Shown: one piece after another, positions 10,464 through 20,848 of the stretch | Position numbering within the stretch: the stretch's first letter is position 1 | How the letters are laid out: the number at the start of each line of letters is the position of its first letter | IMG/VR virus record: IMGVR_UViG_3300009180_000022 | Direction: 5' to 3' (one strand) | Origin: a virus | Length of the DNA: 64,000 nt | Translations under genes and position numbers: made by a program | Notes under the pieces: model-generated | The model's database searches: none | What the model was told of the DNA's origin: nothing | Seen by the model: only the letters and a program-made list of their open reading frames with translations

Positions 10464-11114
10464 ATGAAACTAATAGCAGAATTACACGAAGATGTAAGCT
10501 ACCTGGTCGAAGATGCAGGTAACGGCAAGAAGAGCTACTTCATTGAAGGAGTCTTCTTACAAGGTGATCTTAAGAACAGAAATGGTCGTGTATATCGTAC
10601 AGAGACTCTTGATAAAGAAGTAAATAGATATAACAAAGAATATGTGCTTGAGAATCGTGCTTTTGGTGAACTAGGTCATCCAGCTGGACCTACTCTAAAT
10701 TTAGAGAGAGTATCTCACATGATTAAATCCCTTGATCGCGATGGAAGTAATTTCATTGGTAAGGCTAAGATCATGGATACACCATATGGCAACATCGTAA
10801 AGAATCTAATGGATGAAGGCGCCAAACTAGGTGTTTCTTCTCGTGGTATGGGTTCGTTACAAATGAATAAAGAAGGTGTAATGGAAGTACAGGATGACTT
10901 CTATCTTGCAACTGCGGCTGATATTGTAGCTGATCCTTCTGCTCCTGATGCTTTTGTTAGAGGCATCATGGAAGGCGTTGAATGGGTCTGGGATTCGGGA
11001 GTACTTAAAGCGCAGAAGTTAGAAGAGATTAAGCAAGAAATAAAGCGCACTCCTTCTCGCCGCCTTGACGAAGCAAAGCTACAAGCATTTAAGAGTTTCT
11101 TAAATTCGCTGTAA
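10464..11114 (+). CDS. gp21: Prohead protease gp21 (start moved to ATG 10464)
   Basis: FIEGVFLQ, KNRNGRVY, GELGHP, LGVSSRGMG, DIVADPSAPDAFV. Confidence 0.96.
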   Translation: MKLIAELHEDVSYLVEDAGNGKKSYFIEGVFLQGDLKNRNGRVYRTETLDKEVNRYNKEYVLENRAFGELGHPAGPTLNLERVSHMIKSLDRDGSNFIGKAKIMDTPYGNIVKNLMDEGAKLGVSSRGMGSLQMNKEGVMEVQDDFYLATAADIVADPSAPDAFVRGIMEGVEWVWDSGVLKAQKLEEIKQEIKRTPSRRLDEAKLQAFKSFLNSL

Positions 11115-11122
11115 TATAAATA
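11115..11122 (+). promoter_or_regulatory. Late promoter TATAAATA upstream of gp22
   Basis: Exact T4 late consensus. Confidence 0.8.
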
Positions 11123-11149
11123 AAAGTACAATCCAAACAGGAGAACCCA

Positions 11150-12121
11150 ATGACCCTAAAATTAAATAAAAGAGATCTTCAAGAAAAGATGTCAGCAACC
11201 GAGCCAGTAGGTGGTGGAGCAACAGGTGCATCTAATGCAGCTGACCCAACCGGAGTAAGAGCCAAAGCGCCAGGCAACTCAAAAATTCAAGGCGACCTTA
11301 CACCTGAAAAATGTGAAGGTGAGACTGAAGTAACAAATCCAGAAAACAATACCAAGCCAACCGGTGACAATTCAGCTAAAAACAAATCATCTGTCTCTAT
11401 GAAAGAAGACATGGCTATTATGTTTGATGGTGAAGATCTATCAGAAGAATTTAAAGAGAAAGCAACCACATTCTTTGAAGCTGCTGTTAATGCACGCCTA
11501 CAAGAAGAAGTTACACGTATTGAAGAAGAGTACAGCAATTCCCTAACAGAACAAGTTACAGAGATTGCTGAAGAACTATCTACCAAGCTTAACGATTATC
11601 TAAACCACGTTGTTGAGTCATGGATGGAAGAGAACGAAGTCGCTATTGAGTCATCTCTACGTTCTGAAATCACAGAAGAATTCATCGAAGGTCTTAAGAA
11701 TCTGTGCGTTGAGCACTATATTGACCTTCCAGAAGAAAAAGTTAGTGTTGTAGAAGAGCTTGCACTTCAGGTTGAAGAACTAACTACCAAGCTTAACACC
11801 TCTATTGATGCACAAATTGAACTAAAGAAACAAATTGATGAACAAGCAATGCAAATCGTATTCAGCGAAGTTTCTGAAGGTCTAGCTGATACACAAGCAG
11901 ACAAGTTCAAGACTCTTGCCGAAGGTGTAGAGTTCAATGGTGTTGATGCATACAAGAAGAAACTTGAAGTAGTTAAAGAAAGTTACTTCACAGGTAAGAA
12001 GTCTCCTCAACTAATCGTTGAAGGTGAAATCGATTCTGCTGAGTATATTGAACCTACTGCTCCTGTAACTGGACCTGTTGCTAACTACGTTAGAGCAATC
12101 TCTAGAACAGTCAAGAAATAA
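11150..12121 (+). CDS. gp22: Prohead scaffold protein gp22
   Basis: LSEEFKEKATTFFEAAV, YLNHVVESWMEENEVAIE; between gp21 and gp23. Confidence 0.93.
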   Translation: MTLKLNKRDLQEKMSATEPVGGGATGASNAADPTGVRAKAPGNSKIQGDLTPEKCEGETEVTNPENNTKPTGDNSAKNKSSVSMKEDMAIMFDGEDLSEEFKEKATTFFEAAVNARLQEEVTRIEEEYSNSLTEQVTEIAEELSTKLNDYLNHVVESWMEENEVAIESSLRSEITEEFIEGLKNLCVEHYIDLPEEKVSVVEELALQVEELTTKLNTSIDAQIELKKQIDEQAMQIVFSEVSEGLADTQADKFKTLAEGVEFNGVDAYKKKLEVVKESYFTGKKSPQLIVEGEIDSAEYIEPTAPVTGPVANYVRAISRTVKK

Positions 12122-12125
12122 TTTT

Positions 12126-12133
12126 TATAAATA
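12126..12133 (+). promoter_or_regulatory. Late promoter TATAAATA upstream of gp23
   Basis: Exact T4 late consensus. Confidence 0.82.
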
Positions 12134-12172
12134 AACTTAACCCGATAAATTTTAAACGGAAGGAAAATAAAT

Positions 12173-13552
12173 ATGTACTTAAATGAAGAAATTCAAAAGA
12201 AGTGGCAACCAGTTCTTGAGCATCCTGATCTAGACGCGATCAAGGATCCGCACAAGCGTTCGGTTACTGCTATTATTCTAGAAAACACTGAAAAGGCTCT
12301 TCGCGAAAGCGGCGGTCGCGTTGGTGGTCAGTCTCTTCTTGAAGCTAACCAACCAGTTAACGCAATGCAAGGTTCTAGCTCTGCAGCTGGCGATGGCGCA
12401 GTTGACATTTTCGATCCTGTGCTTATCAGCCTGGTTCGTCGTTCGATGCCTAACCTAATTGCTTATGATGTTTGCGGCGTTCAGCCAATGACAGGTCCTA
12501 CAGGTCTTATCTTCGCAATGCGTGCTCGTTACAGCAACCAAGCTGGAACCGAAACATTCTACGGTGAAGTTAATACTGCATTCTCTTCTAGCCTGACTGG
12601 TGCTAACACCTTCGGTCTAAAGAATGCTGGTAACCTACCAGGTAATACAACTATTACTCTTGGTGCTGATATGGTTTCTAACGGACTATACAACACCGGA
12701 ACTGGTATGTCTACATCGACAGCTGAATATCTTGGTTCTAACGCATCCTTAGTATTCCCACAAATGGCTTTCTCTATCGAGAAGGTTACTGTAACTGCTA
12801 AGTCTCGCGCGCTAAAAGCTGAGTACTCAATGGAACTTGCGCAAGACTTACGCGCTGTTCATGGACTAGATGCTGAAACAGAACTGTCTAACATTCTGTC
12901 TTCAGAAATTCTTGCTGAAATTAATCGTGAAGTTATCCGTACAATCAATATCACTGCTACTCGTGGTGCTACTGAGAATACTACTAACACCGGTATTTTC
13001 GACCTTGACACCGATTCTAACGGTCGTTGGTCAGTTGAGAAGTTCAAGGGTCTTATGTTCCAAGTGGAACGTGAAGCAAATCAAATTGCTAAGGGAACTC
13101 GTCGTGGTAAGGGTAACATCATTATCTGTTCTTCAGACGTTGCGTCTGCCCTACAGATGGCCGGTGTTCTTGACTACGCTCCTGCTCTAAATAGCAACAA
13201 CCTGAATGTTGATGATACTGGCAACACATTCGCCGGTGTTCTAAACGGACGTATCCGTGTATATGTTGATCCATATGCTGGTGGTCAAAATAGTGCTTCC
13301 GGTCAGTATCTGACTGTAGGTTACAAAGGTTCTAGCGCATTTGATGCTGGTCTGTTCTATTGCCCATATGTGCCTCTACAAATGGTTCGTGCGGTTGATC
13401 AAGATACATTCCAACCAAAGATTGGTTTCAAAACTCGTTACGGTATGGTATCAAATCCATTCGCTGACGGTTCATCTGCAACCACTCAAGGTGCATTAAC
13501 TGCTGATACAAACGTTTACTATCGTCGTATCATTGTTGCAAACCTGATGTAA
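12173..13552 (+). CDS. gp23: Major capsid protein gp23
   Basis: CGVQPMTGPTGLIFAMR, KSRALKAEYSMELAQDLRAVHGLDAE, FQPKIGFKTRYG. Confidence 0.98.
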   Translation: MYLNEEIQKKWQPVLEHPDLDAIKDPHKRSVTAIILENTEKALRESGGRVGGQSLLEANQPVNAMQGSSSAAGDGAVDIFDPVLISLVRRSMPNLIAYDVCGVQPMTGPTGLIFAMRARYSNQAGTETFYGEVNTAFSSSLTGANTFGLKNAGNLPGNTTITLGADMVSNGLYNTGTGMSTSTAEYLGSNASLVFPQMAFSIEKVTVTAKSRALKAEYSMELAQDLRAVHGLDAETELSNILSSEILAEINREVIRTINITATRGATENTTNTGIFDLDTDSNGRWSVEKFKGLMFQVEREANQIAKGTRRGKGNIIICSSDVASALQMAGVLDYAPALNSNNLNVDDTGNTFAGVLNGRIRVYVDPYAGGQNSASGQYLTVGYKGSSAFDAGLFYCPYVPLQMVRAVDQDTFQPKIGFKTRYGMVSNPFADGSSATTQGALTADTNVYYRRIIVANLM

Positions 13553-13588
13553 TCTTAAGAATAATAATAATTACATTCTTGCAAACTT

Positions 13589-13615
13589 AAAAGGGCTCCG
13601 CAGAGCCCTTTTTTT
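13589..13615 (+). terminator. Rho-independent terminator after gp23
   Basis: AAAAGGGCTC-CGCA-GAGCCCTTTT followed by T run. Confidence 0.9.
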
Positions 13616-13664
13616 ATGAGATAAATATATTTACTAACTAGTAAATAATGAGGTTATATAAAAT

Positions 13665-14183
13665 ATGTCAGCTACCGATAGATTACCATCAAACAAAAAC
13701 TTTCTTTCTCCTCTTGGGTTTAACTTCTCCATATACAAAACTCCCGGGCTGAATTATTTCGTTCAACAAGCAAGCATCCCTTCTATTACGATTGGCCGTG
13801 CCGAAGTAAACACACCATTCAATGTACTGAAGTATCCAGGTGATAAGGTAGATTATAGTGATCTGACTATTGTGTTTAGGGTAGATGAAGAGTTGCGTAA
13901 TTACATGGAGCTGTATACATGGCTTACAAGCATTACACGTAATGGAGGATTTACTGGATATAAGAGATTGACTGATGCTGCAGTCGGTGAGGGTGTTTTC
14001 TCTGATGCCGTTCTTACTGTAATGTCTAGCTCAAAGAACACCATTGCTCTTGTTAATTACATAAACCTTTATCCTACATCTCTATCTGAACTTACGTTTG
14101 ATTCAAGAATGGAAGATGTGTCATACATTGAAGCTACAGTAAACTTTACGTATCAGTCATTCAATATCGAATACTTGATCTAA
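13665..14183 (+). CDS. gp3: Tail completion protein (gp3-like, tube-fold)
   Basis: NFLSPLGF, PGDKVDYSDL..FRVDE; usual position after gp23 in marine/freshwater T4-likes. Confidence 0.8.
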   Translation: MSATDRLPSNKNFLSPLGFNFSIYKTPGLNYFVQQASIPSITIGRAEVNTPFNVLKYPGDKVDYSDLTIVFRVDEELRNYMELYTWLTSITRNGGFTGYKRLTDAAVGEGVFSDAVLTVMSSSKNTIALVNYINLYPTSLSELTFDSRMEDVSYIEATVNFTYQSFNIEYLI

Positions 14184-14232
14184 GGCAGTACATACTATAC
14201 AATACCTATGTGTTGATTGATAGGACTATATT

Positions 14233-14667
14233 ATGAAGATTGAAGAATTGCATCAGTTATGGGAGAAAGATGCCGGTATTGATCGTACTGAGTTAGGTGA
14301 GGAAAGCCTTCGCATTCCTCAATTGCATTCAAAGTATTATAAGCTATACTCTGAAGAACGTACTACTCTAAGAAAGTGGGAGGTAGAGTTCAAACGTCTA
14401 TATAGAGAAAAGCACGAATACTACAACGGCGTGTTGAGTGAAGAAGAACTACGGTCTAACGGGTGGGAGCCATTCTCACTTCGTGTGCTAAAAACAGACA
14501 TCCCGATGTACCTCGAGGCAGATAAAGACATTTCAAGAGGCAAGTCACTTATTGCCGCCCAACAAGACAAGGTTGAGTTTATTGAATCAATTATCAAGTC
14601 ACTGCCTTCTCGTGGTTATCAGATCAATGCCGCTATAAGCTGGGAAAAGTTTAAAGTCGGCGCATGA
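14233..14667 (+). CDS. uvsY: Recombination mediator UvsY
   Basis: ESLRIPQLHSKY, RGYQINAAISWEKF. Confidence 0.9.
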   Translation: MKIEELHQLWEKDAGIDRTELGEESLRIPQLHSKYYKLYSEERTTLRKWEVEFKRLYREKHEYYNGVLSEEELRSNGWEPFSLRVLKTDIPMYLEADKDISRGKSLIAAQQDKVEFIESIIKSLPSRGYQINAAISWEKFKVGA

Positions 14668-16139
14668 GTATTATAGTATTATCCCGCATAGATGACGTTT
14701 ATATAAGAGTTCATTGCGATTCTGATGTCGCATATGAGCTAAGTGAGTACTTTACGTTTAACGTGCCTGGTGCTAAGTTCTCACCCAAGTATAAAAATAA
14801 GATGTGGGATGGTAAAATACGGCTATACAGCGTTATGACTAAAAGGCTGTATACTGGACTTAGACTGTACGTTGAGATATTTGCAAGGGAAAGGGGATAT
14901 GAGATAGAATACCCTAGCCCAAATGATTTTTGTGATCAAGAGTACTCCTTAGTAGAAGCATTCGAGGATGCAAATAAGTATATAAAGAAGCCTGATATTG
15001 AGGTAAGAGGTTACCAGGCTGAAGCTTTCGCCCATGGCATAAGAACGAGGAGAGCGTTACTTCTATCTCCAACAGCATCCGGTAAGTCATTAATGATATT
15101 TGCACTGTGTATGCATCTACTCAAGAACGATCCATCTAGAAAAGTATTAGTTATTGTTCCTACAACATCTCTAGTACATCAAATGGCTACAGACTTCGGG
15201 GACTATATCCAGGATGATTGCGATAAGTTTTGTCATCGAATTCTAGCAGGCGCCGAAAAATCTACCTCTAAACCAATCGTCATATCGACTTGGCAGTCAA
15301 TCTATAAACAACCCAAAGCCTGGTTCAATCAATTTCATACAGCAATTGGTGATGAGGCCCATCTATTCAAAGCTAAAAGCCTTACCGATATCATGTGTAA
15401 GCTTACCAATTGCCCTAACAAGTTTGGGTTTACTGGTACACTAGATGGAACAGAGACTCATAAGTTAGTGCTCGAAGGACTGTTTGGCCCGGTTAAAAAA
15501 GTAACCACAACAGCCGAACTAATAGAGAACAAGACATTATCATCGTTCAAGATCAAAGCCTTAGTACTTAACTACAGTGATGATATTCGTAAGCAGATAT
15601 CAAAGGCAACATACCCCGATGAAGTTGACTTTATAACTAATAATCAATTCCGTACAAAGTTCATAACAAACTTGGCGCTATCTCTAAAGGGTAACACTCT
15701 AATATTATTCAGACATAAAGCACACGGACATGCAATTCATGATGTGCTTAAAGATAAGATGAACAATCGCGAGCTCTACTACGTGGATGGAGACGTAGAC
15801 GGTGCTATTAGAGAAGATATAAGAAAGGAAGTAGAGGGGGTGCAAGACGGTATTATAGTAGCCTCACTAGGTACTTTCTCAACAGGTATAAATATTAAGA
15901 ACTTGCACAACGTTGTATTTGCAAGTCCTTCGAAATCAAGGATTAAGGTATTACAGTCTATTGGCCGAGGTCTTAGAAAATTAATCAGTAAGAACGTATT
16001 TACACTTTATGACGTCGCTGACGACCTAAGCTGGAAGTCTAACAAGAATCATACTATACTACACTTTGTTGAGCGTATAAAAATGTACAACGAAGAAAAA
16101 TTTGATTATAAAATTTATAATGTTGAGCTAAGGAATTAA
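14664..16139 (+). CDS. uvsW: DNA helicase UvsW
   Basis: WDGKIRL, SPTASGKS, GDEAH, TGT, LQSIGRGLR. Confidence 0.95.
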   Translation: MSIIVLSRIDDVYIRVHCDSDVAYELSEYFTFNVPGAKFSPKYKNKMWDGKIRLYSVMTKRLYTGLRLYVEIFARERGYEIEYPSPNDFCDQEYSLVEAFEDANKYIKKPDIEVRGYQAEAFAHGIRTRRALLLSPTASGKSLMIFALCMHLLKNDPSRKVLVIVPTTSLVHQMATDFGDYIQDDCDKFCHRILAGAEKSTSKPIVISTWQSIYKQPKAWFNQFHTAIGDEAHLFKAKSLTDIMCKLTNCPNKFGFTGTLDGTETHKLVLEGLFGPVKKVTTTAELIENKTLSSFKIKALVLNYSDDIRKQISKATYPDEVDFITNNQFRTKFITNLALSLKGNTLILFRHKAHGHAIHDVLKDKMNNRELYYVDGDVDGAIREDIRKEVEGVQDGIIVASLGTFSTGINIKNLHNVVFASPSKSRIKVLQSIGRGLRKLISKNVFTLYDVADDLSWKSNKNHTILHFVERIKMYNEEKFDYKIYNVELRN

Positions 16140-16141
16140 TA

Positions 16142-16525
16142 ATGGTTACGGTGTGTAAGTTACAATCAGGTAGTGAAATAGTTGGTACTATAATTGAATC
16201 AACATCAAAAAGTATAACTATCAATAATCCCTTGCAGATTATGTACATAAGAAGACTGAATGGTCCGCCATCAGTCACACTACAACGTTATGTACCCTTC
16301 ACATCACAAGAAGACCTTACAATAAGCCGTACCCATATTGAAGTTATGTGTGAGCCGATCCAAGGCCTTGAGCAGTACTATGTTAATACGCTTAAATCAA
16401 TCCAAGAGCATGTTGATCCAAGTCTAGTAACTGATCTTATGGACGCCAATGAACCTAAGAAATTTGAACATGACAGCTATATTGCCATGCTTGAGCAATT
16501 AATGTCAAAGAAGCCACTGAATTAA
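16142..16525 (+). CDS. Conserved hypothetical protein (Sm-like beta fold possible)
   Basis: KLQSGSEIVG N-terminus typical of the gene between uvsW and gp55. Confidence 0.6.
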   Translation: MVTVCKLQSGSEIVGTIIESTSKSITINNPLQIMYIRRLNGPPSVTLQRYVPFTSQEDLTISRTHIEVMCEPIQGLEQYYVNTLKSIQEHVDPSLVTDLMDANEPKKFEHDSYIAMLEQLMSKKPLN

Positions 16526-16532
16526 GGATATT

Positions 16533-17105
16533 ATGAGTGATAACCACTATGTTGACAATAAGAAGCTATTAGAATCGATAACAGAATATAGAAATTTAGT
16601 TATTGAGTCTAAAACAAACGGTACCGTTAAGCCAAGGATACCTGACTATATCGGCAGGTGTATGTTGCTTATTGCCCAGAGATTATCACATAAGCCTAAC
16701 TTCATTAATTACTCATACCGTGAGGAGATGATTAGTGATGGTATAGAGAACTGTATTAGTTATATCGATAACTTTGATCCTTCCAAGTCAAACAATCCAT
16801 TTGCGTACTTTACACAGATTATATATTTTGCATTCCTTCGAAGAATTCAGAAAGAAAAGAAGCAGTTGTATGTAAAGCATAAGATGCTTGAAAACTCATT
16901 GTTAATGAATACACTTATTTCCCAAGGTGAGCACGATGATGGAGAATTTACTCCAGCCTACATTGATATGGAAAATGAGAATATGAGTGACTTCATTAAC
17001 AATTTCGAGGAAGGGCTTGATAAGAAGAAAAAGCTTCGTAAGAAAGGCTTAGAAAAGTTTCTCGAGGAAGATATAGTCGCTGATATAGAGGAAGATGAAC
17101 AATGA
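16533..17105 (+). CDS. gp55: Late-transcription sigma factor gp55
   Basis: HYVDNK, PNFINYSYREEMISDGIENC, NPFAYFTQIIYFAFLRRIQKEKKQ. Confidence 0.96.
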   Translation: MSDNHYVDNKKLLESITEYRNLVIESKTNGTVKPRIPDYIGRCMLLIAQRLSHKPNFINYSYREEMISDGIENCISYIDNFDPSKSNNPFAYFTQIIYFAFLRRIQKEKKQLYVKHKMLENSLLMNTLISQGEHDDGEFTPAYIDMENENMSDFINNFEEGLDKKKKLRKKGLEKFLEEDIVADIEEDEQ

Positions 17106-18166
17106 AGGTTGCAATTCTTGGTGACACCCATTTCGGAGCGCGCGGTGATAGTGCCCACTTTCATAAACTGTTTAAAAGATTTTACGATGAGGTCTTTTTT
17201 CCCTACCTAAAAGCAAACAGTATAGAGTATGTAATTCAACTAGGTGATGTTTTTGATAGACGTAAATACATTAACTATCAAACGTTGAGTAGTGCAAGGG
17301 AGTATTTCTTTGAGCCGTTAAATAGAGACTTTAAAAGCTGGCTGCTTGTTGGTAATCATGATACCTACTACAAGAACACCAACGAAGTTAATTCACTCGA
17401 CCTGTTATTACAGCAATATGAAAATATTCATCAAGTGCATTCGGCATGTGAGCTTGGACTTGAAGGTACATCCATTCTATTAGTACCCTGGATTGCACCT
17501 GATAACCAGATTGAAATACTTAACGATATGCAAACGTCACGCTCCCAGATATGTATGGGTCACTTTGAGATAAGTGGATTTGAGATGCATAAGGGCGCTG
17601 TATGTGATACAGGGCTTAACCGCGATGTGTTTGATAAGTTTGATCTAGTTATATCAGGTCACTTTCACACTAGGAGTATCCGTAATAACATCACATACAC
17701 AGGCACTCCCTATCAAATGACCTGGGCAGACTTTGATGATCCAAAAGGATTTCACATATTAGACACTAACACCAGGGAGATGGAGTTTATACCTAACCCT
17801 AATGTTATGTTCCATAAGGTATGGTATGATGACTTGAACAAAAGCATGACTGACGTTATTGTAGATGACTACACCCTGTATAAAGACTCAATCGTAAAAG
17901 TAATTATTAAAAATAAAACTAATCCTTATTGGTTTGATTTGTTTATCGAGCGTTTAGAGAAGTCAGGCCTATTAGATCTACAGGTCGTAGAAGATCACCT
18001 TAACCTTAACTTAGAAGATGATTCTGATATAGTTAATGAGGCAGAAGATACACTTACTATTCTTAATAAGTTTGTTGATCAGCTGGAACTCAAAGTTGAT
18101 AAACTAAAACTGGAAAGCCTACTACGTAACCTATACAATGAAGCGTTATCAATGGAGATTGCGTGA
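17102..18166 (+). CDS. gp47: Recombination endonuclease gp47 (Mre11-like)
   Basis: GDTHFG, LGDVFDRRK, GNHD, SGHFH. Confidence 0.95.
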   Translation: MKVAILGDTHFGARGDSAHFHKLFKRFYDEVFFPYLKANSIEYVIQLGDVFDRRKYINYQTLSSAREYFFEPLNRDFKSWLLVGNHDTYYKNTNEVNSLDLLLQQYENIHQVHSACELGLEGTSILLVPWIAPDNQIEILNDMQTSRSQICMGHFEISGFEMHKGAVCDTGLNRDVFDKFDLVISGHFHTRSIRNNITYTGTPYQMTWADFDDPKGFHILDTNTREMEFIPNPNVMFHKVWYDDLNKSMTDVIVDDYTLYKDSIVKVIIKNKTNPYWFDLFIERLEKSGLLDLQVVEDHLNLNLEDDSDIVNEAEDTLTILNKFVDQLELKVDKLKLESLLRNLYNEALSMEIA

Positions 18167-19878
18167 TATTTTTTAAAACTATAAGATGGAAAAACTTTCT
18201 TAGTACTGGCAACACATTTACTGAGATTGACTTTACAAAACATAAGTCAACACTTATTATTGGTGAGAACGGCGCCGGTAAATCTACCCTACTGGATGCG
18301 TTGTGCTTTGCGCTCTACGGTAAGCCGTTTAGAAAGATTAATAAGCCTCAGTTGGTTAACTCCATTAATGGTAAGGCACTTGAGGTAGAAGTTGAATTTA
18401 GTATTGGTAAAAGAGAATATAAAGTAAGGCGTGGTATAAAGCCTGCTATCTTTGAAATCTATCAAGATGGCAAGGTAATTAACCAGGATGCTGAATCGCG
18501 AGACTATCAGGAGATGTTTGAGCGTAGCATTATTAAGCTAAGCCATAAATCGTTCTCTCAGATCGTCATCCTCGGTAGTGCAGCGTTTGTACCATTCATG
18601 CAGTTGTCTGCAATGAACCGCAGAGAAGTCATTGAGGACTTACTGGATATACAGATATTCTCTACTATGAACACCCTACTCAAGGGCAAACTATCAACCA
18701 ACAGGGATAACGCTATTAGTGCCGACTTCAATACAAAGAGTACTGGTGAGAAGATTGAACTGTATAAGAAGCATATTGAGTCATTAAAGCAGAACAATGA
18801 AGAGTTAGTCAATCAGAAAAAGGTAAAGGTTACCGAGCTTTCTACCAGCATTGAAAATACAAATAAAACGATTGAATTACTGCAAACTGAAATAGAGGGG
18901 TTGTCAAGTAGTATTAGTGATCAAGACAAAGTACGATCAAGGCTGGAAAAAATCCGAGATATATCAAGACAGGTTGACCTTCGGTTAGAGAAACTACGCA
19001 AAGAGACGCAATTCTTCACATCGCATGATGACTGCCCAACCTGCCGTCAAGGAATTGCACATGATCACAAGTCTTCTATTATTGAGAAAAGCAATAGTCA
19101 AATTACTGAGGTTGAAGCAGGTAAACAAAAAATCACAGAAGAACTGGATAGTATTAATACCAGACTTACAGACATCTCAAGTGTATCCACTACTATTTCT
19201 ACTAAGAATAGAGAAGTGTCAGATTTACTAATACAGTGCCGTACATGGGCATCGTTCATTGAAGATATAAAGAAGGAGATAGAGGCGCTAAACACCTCTA
19301 ATAAGCAAATAGAGTCTAATAATGAAGAGCTGAAAGAGTTGAAAGATCAACTTAAGACCTTGATTAATCAGAAGGAAACACTTATACTTGAGAAACAAGT
19401 GCTAGATGTTGCCAATACTCTACTTAAAGATTCAGGTATAAAGACAAAGATCATTAAGCAGTATGTTCCTATTATGAATAAATTAGTTAACAAGTATCTT
19501 GCATCGATGGATTTTTTTGTTAACTTTGAATTAAACGAGTCGTTTGAAGAAACAATCAAATCAAGGTTTAGGGATGCATTTAGCTATGAGTCGTTTAGTG
19601 AAGGTGAAAAGTCACGTATCGATTTAGCGTTGTTATTTACATGGCGTGCAGTAGCTAAGTTACGTAATAGTGCATCTACTAACTTGCTTATCTTGGATGA
19701 GGTGTTTGATAGCTCAATGGACGTGCAAGGGAGTGATGAACTGATGAAGATATTGCAAACCCTGGCTGGTGATACAAACGTATTTGTTATTAGTCATAAG
19801 ACTGATCAGCTGGTAGATAAGTTTAATAATGTAATTAGATTTGAAAAACACAAGAACTTTTCAAGAATGTGTAATTAA
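18163..19878 (+). CDS. gp46: Recombination ATPase gp46 (Rad50-like)
   Basis: GENGAGKST, CPTC zinc hook, FSEGEK signature, LILDEVFD. Confidence 0.96.
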   Translation: MIFFKTIRWKNFLSTGNTFTEIDFTKHKSTLIIGENGAGKSTLLDALCFALYGKPFRKINKPQLVNSINGKALEVEVEFSIGKREYKVRRGIKPAIFEIYQDGKVINQDAESRDYQEMFERSIIKLSHKSFSQIVILGSAAFVPFMQLSAMNRREVIEDLLDIQIFSTMNTLLKGKLSTNRDNAISADFNTKSTGEKIELYKKHIESLKQNNEELVNQKKVKVTELSTSIENTNKTIELLQTEIEGLSSSISDQDKVRSRLEKIRDISRQVDLRLEKLRKETQFFTSHDDCPTCRQGIAHDHKSSIIEKSNSQITEVEAGKQKITEELDSINTRLTDISSVSTTISTKNREVSDLLIQCRTWASFIEDIKKEIEALNTSNKQIESNNEELKELKDQLKTLINQKETLILEKQVLDVANTLLKDSGIKTKIIKQYVPIMNKLVNKYLASMDFFVNFELNESFEETIKSRFRDAFSYESFSEGEKSRIDLALLFTWRAVAKLRNSASTNLLILDEVFDSSMDVQGSDELMKILQTLAGDTNVFVISHKTDQLVDKFNNVIRFEKHKNFSRMCN

Positions 19879-19890
19879 TAAAGGATTAAT

Positions 19891-20121
19891 ATGGCGACAT
19901 TTTTATCGGAATTTGTTGATGGTGGGCCTACATGTAGTAGAGATGATTGCATGATTCAAGATCAAGGTGGAACCTCTACTATGGCATACTTCCCACCCAT
20001 CTATAACAACAACAATGTTAATATCAATCCTGATATGAACACTCAAACCTATAACAGAAGATGCCTTGCATGTGGTAAGGCCTGGACGGAGACATGGCAA
20101 AATGGTTCTAAAATTAGTTGA
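19891..20121 (+). CDS. Small zinc-ribbon-like hypothetical protein
   Basis: CxxxxC and CLACG; AAGGA RBS. Confidence 0.55.
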   Translation: MATFLSEFVDGGPTCSRDDCMIQDQGGTSTMAYFPPIYNNNNVNINPDMNTQTYNRRCLACGKAWTETWQNGSKIS

Positions 20122-20620
20122 TCCTTCTAGTGCAATTCTTAGTGAAAAAGTTCCTACTTTTGACTTTAAGAACCCACCCGTTAACTCTATGGAACTAGCA
20201 AGAGACTTGCTAGAAACTCTTATTGATAGAAAGTGTATGGGGCTATCAGCTAATGAATGCGGTCTCCCTTATCGTGTGAGTGTATTTCGTACAGAGGATC
20301 CACTTGTTATGTTTAATCCTCGCATCATTGATGAAACTACTGAACACATTATGCTTGAAGAAACCTGTGCATCAAACACAAACATGATTGTCAAGATCAA
20401 AAGACCAAAGATCGTTAAGGTTCGCTATCAAGACGCAACTGGTGAGTTTCATACAGAGAAGTTTATTGGCATAACAGCACGTGCGATCTTACACGAGCTT
20501 GACCATCTCAACGGAATCAACTATACTAGACGTGCGCACCCGGTACATCTATCGCGTGCACAAAACAAAAAGAAACATCTCGATAGACAAGTAGCACGTG
20601 AATTAAAGCTAGCTATATAA
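20102..20620 (+). CDS. def: Peptide deformylase-like protein (divergent motifs)
   Basis: GLSAN, MFNP, ETCAS (for EGCLS), HELDHLNG. Confidence 0.85.
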   Translation: MVLKLVDPSSAILSEKVPTFDFKNPPVNSMELARDLLETLIDRKCMGLSANECGLPYRVSVFRTEDPLVMFNPRIIDETTEHIMLEETCASNTNMIVKIKRPKIVKVRYQDATGEFHTEKFIGITARAILHELDHLNGINYTRRAHPVHLSRAQNKKKHLDRQVARELKLAI

Positions 20621-20671
20621 TCTATCGCTGATAATGGCGAACGGGCCTTCCCGTATAACTAGGAGTTAGTA

Positions 20672-20848
20672 ATGTTTAAATTCAAAGAGGCTTTGACGCC
20701 CGATCCAACCCTGCATCGTAACATCAGCTTTGCCAAAAGCGCACTACGAATCTTTGCAGGTATCTTCCTTGCCATTGGTATTTACTCTATCGCAGGCCTT
20801 CTTGTGATCGCTGCTGAGGTGCTTGGAGTAGTAGAGGAGCTCGTTTAA
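20672..20848 (+). CDS. Small membrane protein, 58 aa (absent from ORF track)
   Basis: AGGAG RBS; MFKFKEALTPDPTLHRNISFAKSALRIFAGIFLAIGIYSIAGLLVIAAEVLGVVEELV; TAATG coupling to queE. Confidence 0.7.
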   Translation: MFKFKEALTPDPTLHRNISFAKSALRIFAGIFLAIGIYSIAGLLVIAAEVLGVVEELV

